A DNA stretch of 34,833 bases. It comes from Candidatus Rokuibacteriota bacterium (GTDB lineage: Bacteria; Methylomirabilota; Methylomirabilia; Rokubacteriales; DASRDR01). The stretch covers positions 1 to 34,833 of the forward strand of contig JBIOTN010000051.1 of NCBI GenBank assembly GCA_044866005.1, given 5' to 3'. Each line of letters starts with the position of its first letter. Position 1 is the stretch's first letter. The translations under genes were made by a program, and so were the position numbers. The notes beneath the pieces were generated by a model. It made no database searches. It was not told the DNA's origin and was given only the letters and a program-made list of their open reading frames with translations. This document shows, in pieces, positions 1-9,000 of this stretch.

Positions 1-291
1 GTCGAGCCGCGGATAATAGCCCGACTGGGCCTGGGGCACGCGCGTCTCCGCCGCCCGCCGCGCCTCCCCGCCGGAGCGAAGCGCCGGGTTCAGCTTGAGC
101 GCGAGATCGACGGCCGCCGGGAGCGAGAGGACCTGGCCGGGCGCCGGGACGGCCGGGGCCGGAGGCCTGGAGGTCGGGGCCTCTTCGGGGGCTTGGGCCG
201 GAGCCGGGGTCTGCGCGTGCGCCGGCAGGCGCCCGACGACGACGAGAAGGAGCAGGAGACCGGCGAACAGACGCCACGGTCGGAAGCGCAT
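1..291 (-). CDS. TolC-family outer membrane efflux protein, N-terminal part (runs off the window edge)
   Basis: Not in the ORF track. Manual translation from ATG 291 gives MRFRPWRLFAGLLLLLVVVGRLPAHAQ (signal peptide)...VLSLPAAVDLALKLNPALRS...AQSGYYPRLD, a typical OMF N-terminus. AGGAG lies upstream, and the gene follows the RND permease. Confidence 0.85.
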   Translation of the reverse strand, partial: MRFRPWRLFAGLLLLLVVVGRLPAHAQTPAPAQAPEEAPTSRPPAPAVPAPGQVLSLPAAVDLALKLNPALRSGGEARRAAETRVPQAQSGYYPRLD

Positions 292-345
292 GGGGCCAAG
301 GGCTCCTGTGGGCTCAGGGGGGGCCGGCGCGGCGCTCAGGACGCC

Positions 346-3300
346 TCACCGGGGTTCGGGCTCGAGGTGCCGTGGAAACCGCTCCTCGAGGATCGTGTAG
401 AGCGTCGGGATCAGGAAGAGCGTGAGCCCCGTCGAGACCAGGAGCCCACCGATGACCGCGCGGGCCAGCGGGGCATTTGCCTCGCTCCCGACGAGCAGCC
501 CGAGCGCCATCGGCGCAAGGCCCACGACCGTCGTGAGGCTCGTCATGAGGATCGGCCGGAGCCGGGTGCGACCGGCGGTCAGGACCGCGTCGCTGAGCGC
601 ACGTCCTCGGCGCCGGAGCTCGTTGGTGTACTCGACGAGGAGGACGCCGTTCGAGACCACGATGCCGACCATCATGATGATGCCCATGAAGGACGTCGTG
701 GACAAGGTCGTCCGCGTGAGAAGCAGCGCCCAGAGCACGCCGATGAGCCCCATGGGGACCGAGAACATGATGATGAAGGGGTCCTTGAGGGAGCGGAACT
801 GGGAGGCCATCACCATGTAGACCAGCATGAGCGCGAGGATGCTCGTGAACAGGAGGCTCCCGAACGCCTCGCGCTGCTGGGCCGTCTGGCCGCCGAGCCG
901 GACCTCGAAGCCCGGCGGCAGCTTGAGCGCCCCCAGCTCCCGCTCGATGTCGCCCGAGATGGCGCCGAGGTCCCGTCCCACGGGGTTCGCCGAGACCCGG
1001 ATGAGCCGCTGCTGGTACTTCCGCTCGATCTCCACCGGCGCCACGGTGCGCTTGATCTCGGCGATGGTCGACAGGACCACGGGCCGGCCGCCCGCGGGGG
1101 CGACGAAGATCTTCCCCAGGTCCTCGGGCCGGACGCGGAAGGGCTCGTCGAGCTGGACGACGATGTTGTACTGGTTGCCCGTGCGGGGGTCGGTGAAGAT
1201 CGAGGGGTTCACGCTGACGTTGGAGTTGAGCGAGAAGAGCGCCGCCTGCGCGATGTCGCGCTGGCTGAGCCCCGAGGAGGCGGCCTTTTCGCGGTCCACC
1301 ACGACGGCGAACTGGGGATAGTTCTCCTCGCGGCTGATCTGCACGTCGGCCACGTTGGGCGTCTCGCGCATGAGCCGCGCCGCCTCCCGGGCGGCCACCT
1401 GGGCGTCGCCGAGGTCGTAGCCGAGGACCTCCAGCTCGAGCGGGTTCTGCGAGCCCCGGTTGAGGACCCGGTTGATGATGCCGCCGAGGTTGAAGAAGGT
1501 CACCGTGCCCGGGAACTGCCCGGCGAACGTCGGCCGGATGGCGTTGACGATCTCGACGTCCGACCGCGTGCGGCGGTCCGGCGTGGCCAGGTAGACCTGC
1601 ACCTGCGCGGCGTGCGGCCCGGTGTTCCCGGTGAACAGCGCCGAGCGCCCGCCCGGGATGCCGGCGCTCGAGACGATGGTCTTGAACTCGCCCGGACGCA
1701 TGTTGGCCCGGAGCAGCCCCTCGATCCGGGCGACGATCTTCTCCGTCTCCTCCACCCGCGTCCCGATCGGGGCGCGGACGAAGACGCGGAACTGGCTTTC
1801 GTCCGAGGCCGGGAAGAACTCGGTGCCGATGAGCGGCAGGAGCGCGAGGCTCGCGAGGAAGACGCCCAGCACGCCGACCACGACGAGCTTCCGGTGCCGG
1901 AGCGCCCGGCCGAGCATCCCCTGGTAGGCGAGGTCGAGCCGCGCGAAGCCGCGCCGACTGGCGTCCACGAGCCGGGCCCACCGGCGCCGGCCCGCCGGCG
2001 GGCGCGCCCCTTCGGGCCGGAGCCACTGGAGGCAGAGGAGCGGCGTGACGGTCCGCGAGACGAGGAACGAGGCGAACAACGAGAACGAGATCGTGAACGT
2101 GAGCGGCAGGAAGAGGAGCTTCGCCTGGCCCTCGATGAAGACGGTCGGCAGGAAGACGACGATCGTCGTGATCGTGGAGACGAAGATCGGCATCGCGACC
2201 TCGCGGGCCGCGTCGAGGACGGCGCTCCGGCGGTCCTTGCCCGGCATCGCGAGATGCCGGTTGATGTTCTCCAGCTCCACGATCGAGTCGTCGACGAGCC
2301 GGCCCACGGCGAGGGCGAGGCCACCGAGGGTGAAGACGTTGATCGTCTGGCCGAGGAAGTACATCGCGATGAAGGTGCCCAGGATGGAGAGCGGGATCGC
2401 GATGAAGATGATGGCGGTCGACACGATGCTGCCGAGGAAGATCAGGATGACCAGGAAGGCGAGCGCCGCGCCCTGCGTCGCCTCGTGCCAGAGGCTCTCG
2501 ATGGACTGCCGGATGTACACCGACTGGTCGAACGTCATGCCGACCTGCACGGCGGTGGGCACGCCGATGAGCTTGGGGAGGAGCGCGGTCACCCCGTCCA
2601 CGACCTCCACCGTGTTGGCGCCGGGCTGCTTGTTGACGCGCAGGTAGACGGAGCGCTCGCCGTTCACCCGGACCACGCTCGTCTGCGTCTCGTGGGAGTC
2701 CGAGACGAAGCCGAGGTCCCGGACGTAGATGGGGATGTCGCCCGCCTTGCGGACGACGATGTCCTCCATGGGCTTGACGAGCTGGAACTGGTTGTTCGTG
2801 GCGATGTTGTAGTCGACGGTCCCGATCTTGATGTCGCCCGAGGGCAGGAGGAAGTTCGCGTCGTTCACCGCCCGGACGACGTCGAGGACCGACACCCCCT
2901 TCGCGTAGAGGAGGTCGCGGTTGAGGTTGACCGAGATCTGGCGGACCTTCCCGCCGTCCACGTTCGCCGAGGCCACGCCGGGAAGGCGCTCGATCTGGGG
3001 CTCGATGACGTTGAAGGCGACGTCGTAGAGCTGTCTCTCGTCGAGCCCGCCCCCCGAGACCGTGACGAGGCAGACCGGGATGTTGGAGAGGTCGAAGCGG
3101 ACGATGAACGGCTGCTTGATCCCGCTGGGCAGCGAGCTCATGATCTGCTGGAGCCGCTGGATGATCTCGTTCTGCCCCGCGTTGATGTCGGCGTCGTAGT
3201 TCAGCCACACCTGGACGACCGAGATGCCCTGCCGGCTCTTCGACTCGACGTGGTGGACGTTCGCGACCGCGCTCACGGCCTTCTCGATGGGGTAGGTGAC

Positions 3301-3486
3301 GGTCTTCTCGATGTCCTGGACGTTGGCCCCGGTGTAGGCGGTCCCGATCGTGATCACCGGCAGGTTGATGTTGGGGAAGAGGTCGATCGGCATCCGGTCG
3401 AGCGACGTCGCGCCGAGGACCACGATGGCGAGCGAGGCCATGAGGACCGCGATCGCGTTCCGGATGGCGAGGAGGGTCAGCCACAT
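346..3486 (-). CDS. RND efflux transporter permease subunit (AcrB/AcrD/AcrF family)
   Basis: 1046 aa. Motifs PIDLFPNINLP, VTYPIEKAV, GRLVDDSIVELENI, RLRPILMTSLTT and PLARAVIGGL. Confidence 0.95.
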   Translation of the reverse strand: MWLTLLAIRNAIAVLMASLAIVVLGATSLDRMPIDLFPNINLPVITIGTAYTGANVQDIEKTVTYPIEKAVSAVANVHHVESKSRQGISVVQVWLNYDADINAGQNEIIQRLQQIMSSLPSGIKQPFIVRFDLSNIPVCLVTVSGGGLDERQLYDVAFNVIEPQIERLPGVASANVDGGKVRQISVNLNRDLLYAKGVSVLDVVRAVNDANFLLPSGDIKIGTVDYNIATNNQFQLVKPMEDIVVRKAGDIPIYVRDLGFVSDSHETQTSVVRVNGERSVYLRVNKQPGANTVEVVDGVTALLPKLIGVPTAVQVGMTFDQSVYIRQSIESLWHEATQGAALAFLVILIFLGSIVSTAIIFIAIPLSILGTFIAMYFLGQTINVFTLGGLALAVGRLVDDSIVELENINRHLAMPGKDRRSAVLDAAREVAMPIFVSTITTIVVFLPTVFIEGQAKLLFLPLTFTISFSLFASFLVSRTVTPLLCLQWLRPEGARPPAGRRRWARLVDASRRGFARLDLAYQGMLGRALRHRKLVVVGVLGVFLASLALLPLIGTEFFPASDESQFRVFVRAPIGTRVEETEKIVARIEGLLRANMRPGEFKTIVSSAGIPGGRSALFTGNTGPHAAQVQVYLATPDRRTRSDVEIVNAIRPTFAGQFPGTVTFFNLGGIINRVLNRGSQNPLELEVLGYDLGDAQVAAREAARLMRETPNVADVQISREENYPQFAVVVDREKAASSGLSQRDIAQAALFSLNSNVSVNPSIFTDPRTGNQYNIVVQLDEPFRVRPEDLGKIFVAPAGGRPVVLSTIAEIKRTVAPVEIERKYQQRLIRVSANPVGRDLGAISGDIERELGALKLPPGFEVRLGGQTAQQREAFGSLLFTSILALMLVYMVMASQFRSLKDPFIIMFSVPMGLIGVLWALLLTRTTLSTTSFMGIIMMVGIVVSNGVLLVEYTNELRRRGRALSDAVLTAGRTRLRPILMTSLTTVVGLAPMALGLLVGSEANAPLARAVIGGLLVSTGLTLFLIPTLYTILEERFPRHLEPEPR

Positions 3487-3495
3487 GTCACTGTC

Positions 3496-3565
3496 GACGG
3501 GGGGCTTCGCCCCCCTTCCGAGCCTCCCCCCGGGGGGGTTGCGCGGGCAAAGCCCGCGCTCGGAG
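3496..3565. repeat. REP-like palindromic element, copy 1 (intergenic, between MFP and RND genes)
   Basis: Hairpins GGGGGGC-TTC-GCCCCCC (3499-3515) and GCGCGGGC-AAA-GCCCGCGC (3541-3559). TCCGAG (3517-3522) is complementary to CTCGGA (3559-3564). Related copies occur near 33562 and 34789. Confidence 0.65.
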
Positions 3566-3626
3566 CGCTTCGGCGAGGGGCGCGTGGACGATCAGTGGCT
3601 GAACGGCGTCTGGGGACATCGCGTCT

Positions 3627-4928
3627 CTAGGTCCTCGCGGGCACGGCCTTGACGGCCTGGCCCTCCCGGACGAGCTCCTTGCCCTGGACGATCACCTGGT
3701 CCGCGGCGCGGAGGCCCTTGACGACCTGGACGCTCGGGCCGTCGGTCGGACCGAGCTCGACCGGCTGGGTCACGACCTTCCCCTCCCGCACCAGCAGGAC
3801 GGCGGGTCTGAGCTCGCCGCCCACGAGGGCCTCCAGCGGGAGCAGGAGCGCCCCCCGCTGGACGTCCAGGACGAGCTGGACGCGCGCGTACATCCCGGGC
3901 TTGAGGAGCCGTTCCGGGTTCGGGATCTCGACCTCCACGCCCATCGTGCGCGTGCGCGGGTCGAGGGTGTGGACGACGCGGGCGACCTTTCCCGTGAAGC
4001 GGCGGTCGGGGTAGGCGTCGGCGGTGAGGCGGACGGCGTTGCCCGAGCGGACCCGGGCGACGTCCCGCTCCGGCACCTCGATCTGGACCTTCACCGGCTC
4101 GATGTCCTGGAGCGAGAGGATGGCGACCGAGGCGTTGCTCGTCGCGGCGGCCTGCGAGCTGACCGCGGCGCCGACGTCGAGGAGGCGCTGGGAGACGTAC
4201 CCGGCGAACGGGGCGTGGAGCCGCGTGTCGTCGACGCGGACCTGCGCCATGCGGAGCCCGGCGCGCTGCTGCTCCACCTGGCTCTCGGCGAGCTTCACCT
4301 GGCTCTCGGTCGTCCCGATCTGGACGCGCGCCACCTGGACCTGGGCCTCCTGGGCGCGGAGCGCCGCCTGGGAGGACTCGTAGATGGTCCGGGCGTTGTC
4401 CCGGTCCTGCGCCGAGACGAGCCCTTTCTCGAAGAGCTCGGCCATCCGGTCCGCCTGGCGGCGGTCGTTGGCGAGGACGGCCTGGGCCTTGGTCAGGTTC
4501 GCTTCCTGGTTGAGGAGGTTCGCCCGGGCGGACTCGAGGCTCGAGCGCGTCACCTGGAGTCCGGCCTGGGCCGTCGCCAGGGCGGCGCGGGCCTGGTCGA
4601 GGGCGGCCTCCATCTCGGTCGGCTCGACCTCCACGAGGAGCTGCCCCGCCTTCACGAAGTCACCCCGGTCGGCGTGGATGGCCCGGATGTATCCCGAGAT
4701 CTTCGAGAAGATCGCCGTCTGGCGATTCGCCAGGATGTCGCCGGTGTAGGAGAGGACCACCTCGAGATCGCGCTGCTCGGGCGCCTGGACCCCGACCACG
4801 GTCTCGCGCGGCGGCCGGGTGACGGCGCGCGCCTGCTGCTCGCGGAGGCGAAGCACCACCAGCCCGGCCATGAGGCCGAGCAGACCCAGGAGGACGAGGG
4901 TCACCCGGTGGCGGCGGATGAACGCCAT
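3627..4928 (-). CDS. RND efflux periplasmic adaptor (membrane fusion protein)
   Basis: 433 aa. N-terminal TM anchor, lipoyl halves (KISGYIRAIHADRGDFVKAGQLL; LHAPFAGYV), long coiled hairpin and LKPGMYARV. Confidence 0.95.
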   Translation of the reverse strand: MAFIRRHRVTLVLLGLLGLMAGLVVLRLREQQARAVTRPPRETVVGVQAPEQRDLEVVLSYTGDILANRQTAIFSKISGYIRAIHADRGDFVKAGQLLVEVEPTEMEAALDQARAALATAQAGLQVTRSSLESARANLLNQEANLTKAQAVLANDRRQADRMAELFEKGLVSAQDRDNARTIYESSQAALRAQEAQVQVARVQIGTTESQVKLAESQVEQQRAGLRMAQVRVDDTRLHAPFAGYVSQRLLDVGAAVSSQAAATSNASVAILSLQDIEPVKVQIEVPERDVARVRSGNAVRLTADAYPDRRFTGKVARVVHTLDPRTRTMGVEVEIPNPERLLKPGMYARVQLVLDVQRGALLLPLEALVGGELRPAVLLVREGKVVTQPVELGPTDGPSVQVVKGLRAADQVIVQGKELVREGQAVKAVPART

Positions 4929-5548
4929 CAGGCCGACCCGGCGGGCGGCTGGAGGAGGCCGTGGAGGTAGAGGTCCCCGATGCGGGGGGCCAGCAGCTCG
5001 GCCGGCGTGTCCGCGGCGTGATTGAGCGTCGTCCCCCAGACCATGCCGATGAGCATGGAGGGGGCCAGGGTCCGGTCCACCTTGCGGAAGGCGCCGGTCT
5101 CGACGCCGCGGTCCAGGACCTCGGCGACGAGCCGCGCGATGTGGACCCGGCGCGCGCGGATCACCTGCTTCTTCCGGAGGAAGAGGCGGCCCTCCCCGCG
5201 GTGGATCAGCCGGAAGTAGGGGAGGTGGCGCGCGAAGGTCTCGACGATGGCATCGATCATGCGCTGGAGCGCGGTGGCGGGCGCGACGGCCGCCGAACGC
5301 TCCGCCTCGAGCCGCCGGATGAGGAACCCGAACGCCTCGTCCAGGATGGCGACGTAGAGGTCCTCCTTGGAGGGGAAATAGCGGTAGAGCGTGCCCTTGC
5401 CGACCCGCGCGACGCGGGCGATCTCCTCCATGGTGACCAGGTGGTAGACCCGCGTGGCGAAGATCCGCGACGCCGCCTCGAGGATCTGGGCGCGCTTCCT
5501 GGCGCGCCGGGGCGCGCGGGTGTCGCGTCGGGCCGGGGAGGTGCTCAT
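4928..5548 (-). CDS. TetR/AcrR family transcriptional regulator
   Basis: HTH region ILEAASRIFA...TMEEIARVARVGKGTLYRYFPSKEDL. Stop overlaps the MFP start (TGATG). Confidence 0.95.
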   Translation of the reverse strand: MSTSPARRDTRAPRRARKRAQILEAASRIFATRVYHLVTMEEIARVARVGKGTLYRYFPSKEDLYVAILDEAFGFLIRRLEAERSAAVAPATALQRMIDAIVETFARHLPYFRLIHRGEGRLFLRKKQVIRARRVHIARLVAEVLDRGVETGAFRKVDRTLAPSMLIGMVWGTTLNHAADTPAELLAPRIGDLYLHGLLQPPAGSA

Positions 5549-5554
5549 GGCAAA

Positions 5555-5576
5555 TGGAACTGACCGGTCAGTTCCA
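5555..5576. promoter_or_regulatory. Probable TetR operator (perfect 22-bp palindrome)
   Basis: TGGAACTGACC-GGTCAGTTCCA is a perfect inverted repeat 6 bp upstream of the tetR ATG and just downstream of the predicted -10. Confidence 0.8.
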
Positions 5577-5581
5577 CTGGC

Positions 5582-5611
5582 ACTCTAGCCCGGCCCCGCG
5601 CGAGCCGTCAA
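5582..5611 (-). promoter_or_regulatory. sigma70-type promoter for tetR-MFP-RND-tolC
   Basis: Minus strand TTGACG (5611-5606), 18-bp spacer, TAGAGT (5587-5582). Confidence 0.6.
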
Positions 5612-5720
5612 GCCCGAGCGGGCGCCCGCCCGGCGACGGCCGCCGAGCCGCCGCCCACCCGGCGCCAGCGGGGAGCTCGCCCGGGACCCCCTACGGGTCG
5701 GCCACGCTTGTGAAGGAATG

Positions 5721-5796
5721 CGCAAAATCTGGTAGATTTTTCCTTGACAGCCCTAAATCTCGTATGCCAGCATGCGCGTCGCCACCACATGGAGTA
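5721..5796 (+). promoter_or_regulatory. nrdJ promoter with three NrdR-box-like sites
   Basis: TTGACA (5744-5749) and TGcCAGCAT (5765-5773). Cores CAAAATCTGG (5723), CTAAATCTCG (5753) and CCACATGGAG (5785) resemble the NrdR core CwAtATaTwG and are spaced 30 and 32 bp apart. Confidence 0.65.
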
Positions 5797-6033
5797 TACG
5801 GGGTGAGCCTGGCGAGAGCGGCCGACCGGATCCGGACCCGGGCTCTCCGGGCCCGCGCCGCGCGGTCCCCCCTGCGGGACGGAGGAACGGCCGGCACGCG
5901 GGAGGCCGCCCCGGCCGCGGAGCGGTGGCGCCGCGGTGGGGAGGCGTTCCGCCCGGCTGTGGAGGCCAGCGAGGCGGCCGGACCGGGTGCTCCGGTGAGC
6001 GCCGGCCGACCGAGGACCCAAGGAGGAGCCAGA

Positions 6034-9000
6034 ATGCGCGCCGAGACACACCCTAAGAGAGTCGGCAAGTGGACGGAGCAGGCCCTGCGCGTCCTCCGGG
6101 AGCGATACCTGAACCGCGAGGGTGACCGGATCCTCGAGACACCGGAACAGATGTGCTGGCGGGTCGCGACCGCGATCGCGCGAGCCGAGGAGCGCTGGGG
6201 GAAGAGCCCGGCGGTCGTCGAGGAGATCGCGGGGGCGTTCTACGACCTGATGGTCGAGGGGCAGTTCCTGCCGAACTCGCCGACTCTCATGAACGCCGGC
6301 AAGGGGAACGCGCTCCAGTACTCGGCGTGCTACGTCCTGCCCATCGGCGACTCCATGGACGAGATCTTCGACGCCGTGAAAGATGCGGCAATAATTCATA
6401 AATCAGGCGGCGGAACGGGATTTGCCTTCTCGCGCCTCCGCCCCAAGGATGCGTTCGTCTCCTCGACGGGCGGGAAGGCGTCCGGCCCGGTCTCGTTCCT
6501 CCGCGTGTTCAACGCGGCCACCGAGGCGGTGAAGCAAGGCGGCACGCGTCGGGGCGCGAACATGGGGATCCTGAAGGTCGATCACCCGGACATCCTGGAG
6601 TTCATCGAGTGCAAGCTCGACGGCGGGATCACGAACTTCAACATCTCGGTCGCCGCGACCGACCGCTTCATGGAGGCGCTCGCCGCGGGCGAGGAGTACG
6701 ACCTGATCGACCCGCACACCAGACGGGTCACCGGCCGGCTCGACGCCCGGGAGGTCTTCGACCGCATCGTCCGCGCGGCGTGGCGGACTGGCGATCCCGG
6801 GATGGTCTTCATCGACCGGATCAACGCGAGCCCCGCCAACCCGACCCCCGAGGTCGGCATGGTCGAGGCGACAAACCCCTGTGGCGAGCAACCGCTTTTG
6901 CCCAACGAGGCCTGTTTCGCGCCGCACACGCGGATCACCACGGATCGGGGCCTCGAGACGGTCGCCGACCTCTATGCGCGACAGCAGCGGGGTGAACCGA
7001 TCCTGGTCGCGACCAATTTGAACGGAAGCGGAATGCACATCATCTTTCGGCCTGCGACGGTCGTCGACGTCGGGGTCAAGCCCACGGTCCGCGTCACTCT
7101 GACCAATGGGCAACAGATACGTGTCACGCCCGATCACAGGATCATGACGAGCAGTGGATGGAAAGAGGCAGGCACGCTGGATAGCGCCGACCGGGTCCTC
7201 ATTCAAACCGGCATCGCCGGGCCGCTGAACATCACGAGCACTGACGGGGACCTGCAGCGCATGTTTGGCTGGTTTACCGGCGATGGGTGGTTCACGAAGA
7301 GTCTCGGACTGACCTTCGGACCCGACGACGAATTGGCGTTCGAACGCTTGGTGCCAGTGTGGGGGCGATTTACCGAAAGCTCCGCCGGGGTGCAGACGGA
7401 TGCCCGAACCATGGTCCGTTGTATCGCGACGGAACGTCAGGAAGCCGTGGAAAAGTTCGCTGCCTACGGGTTCCTTCCGGCGCGTGGGCCCGAAAAGCGT
7501 CTGCCGAGGTTCGTCTTCACGGCGTCCAAAGAGGAGCAGATCCGCTATCTCCAGGGCCTGTTCGGCGCCGACGGGTCTAAAACGCGCGGAAAGTCCCAGG
7601 TGACGCTGTCTTCGGCCTCGCTGGAATTGCTACGGGACGTGCAGCTCCTCCTGCTGAACTTCGGCATGCGCAGCAACATCAAGTACTACCCGCATCGCCC
7701 GACGGGCCGCGCATGGGGCCAGCTCAAGGTGAACGGGGCGAGCTACCATCGCTTCCTGGACCTTGTCGGATTCCCGCTGACGCCGCAGAAGCAGGAGCGC
7801 TGCGCACAGTTCGTGTCCCAGCGCACAAAACAGGACCGACTCGCAATTCCGGTCGCGTCAGTAATTCCGGACGCACCGGTCGAGGTCTACGACGTCTCCG
7901 AGCCTGTCACCCATTCCCTCATTGCCGAGGGCATGATCGTTCATAACTGCAACCTCGGCTCCATCAACGTCTCGAAGTTCGCGTTGCGCCAGCCGGACGG
8001 CGAGTGGACGATCGACTGGGCGGAGCTCGAGCGCGTGGTGCGGCTGTCGGTCCGCTTCCTCGACGACGTGATCGAGGTGAACCCGTACCCCCTCCCCGAG
8101 ATCGACGAGACGGTGAAGGCGAACCGGCGGATCGGGCTGGGGGTCATGGGCTGGGCGGACCTCCTCTTCCGGATGGGGGTCCCCTACGACAGCCAGCCGG
8201 CGCTCGACCTCGGCGAGCGGCTGATGGCCGTGATCCAGGACAAGGCCCATGACCAGTCGGTGAAGCTCGCCGAGGAGCGCGGCCCCTTCCCGAACTGGGC
8301 GCGGTCGATCTACAAGACGGGCCGGCCGCTCCGGAACTCGACCGTCACGACGATCGCGCCGACCGGGACCATCTCGATGATCGCGGGCTGCTCGTCGGGG
8401 ATCGAGCCCGTCTTCGCCATCGCGTTCACCCACAAGGTCGGCGAGCGCGTGCTGCCATTCATCAACCACGTTTTCGCCGAGGTCGCGCGCGACCACGGCT
8501 TCCACTCGGACGCGCTGATGGAGGAGGTCGCGCGGCGCGGCGTCGTACACGGGCTCGCCGGCGTCCCGGAGGACCTCCAGCGCATCTTCGTCACCGCGCA
8601 CGAGATCCCCTTCGAGTGGCACGTCCGCCACCAGGCGGCGTTTCAGCGTTCCACCGACAACGGCGTGTCGAAGACCATCAACCTGCCGAACGAGGCGACC
8701 GTCGACGACGTGGCGCGTGCGTACCGCCTCGCGTGGGATCTCGGCTGCCTGGGCATCACCGTGTTCCGCGACGGGTGCAAGGAGGGGGTGCTCCACGTCG
8801 GGACCCAGGTCGCCGACACGCGCGAGCCGGCCGCCACCCCGGCCGTGCCGGCGGCGGTCAAGCCGCGGCCGCGGAGCCTGGCTGGCCGGACCTACCGGAT
8901 CGAGACGCCCCTCGGCGTCGCGTACGTGGTGGTCAACGAGAACGGCGATGCCGAGCCGTTCGAGGTCTTCGTCTCGGTCGGCAAGGCGGGCTCCGACACC

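Noticed and set aside
193..3630. 1145-aa plus-strand ORF and 1056-aa alternative-frame ORF over the RND gene
   Set aside because: Shadow frames of a high-GC3 gene, with low-complexity R/G/D/H composition and no motifs.
5780..6030. Cobalamin riboswitch upstream of B12-dependent nrdJ
   Set aside because: The conserved GGGAA..GGTG..AATCC and GCCACTG/B12-box elements could not be found by eye.
5554..6033. 160-aa N-terminal extension of NrdJ in the ORF track
   Set aside because: It runs through the tetR operator and the nrdJ promoter, is low complexity, and a strong AGGAGG precedes ATG 6034.
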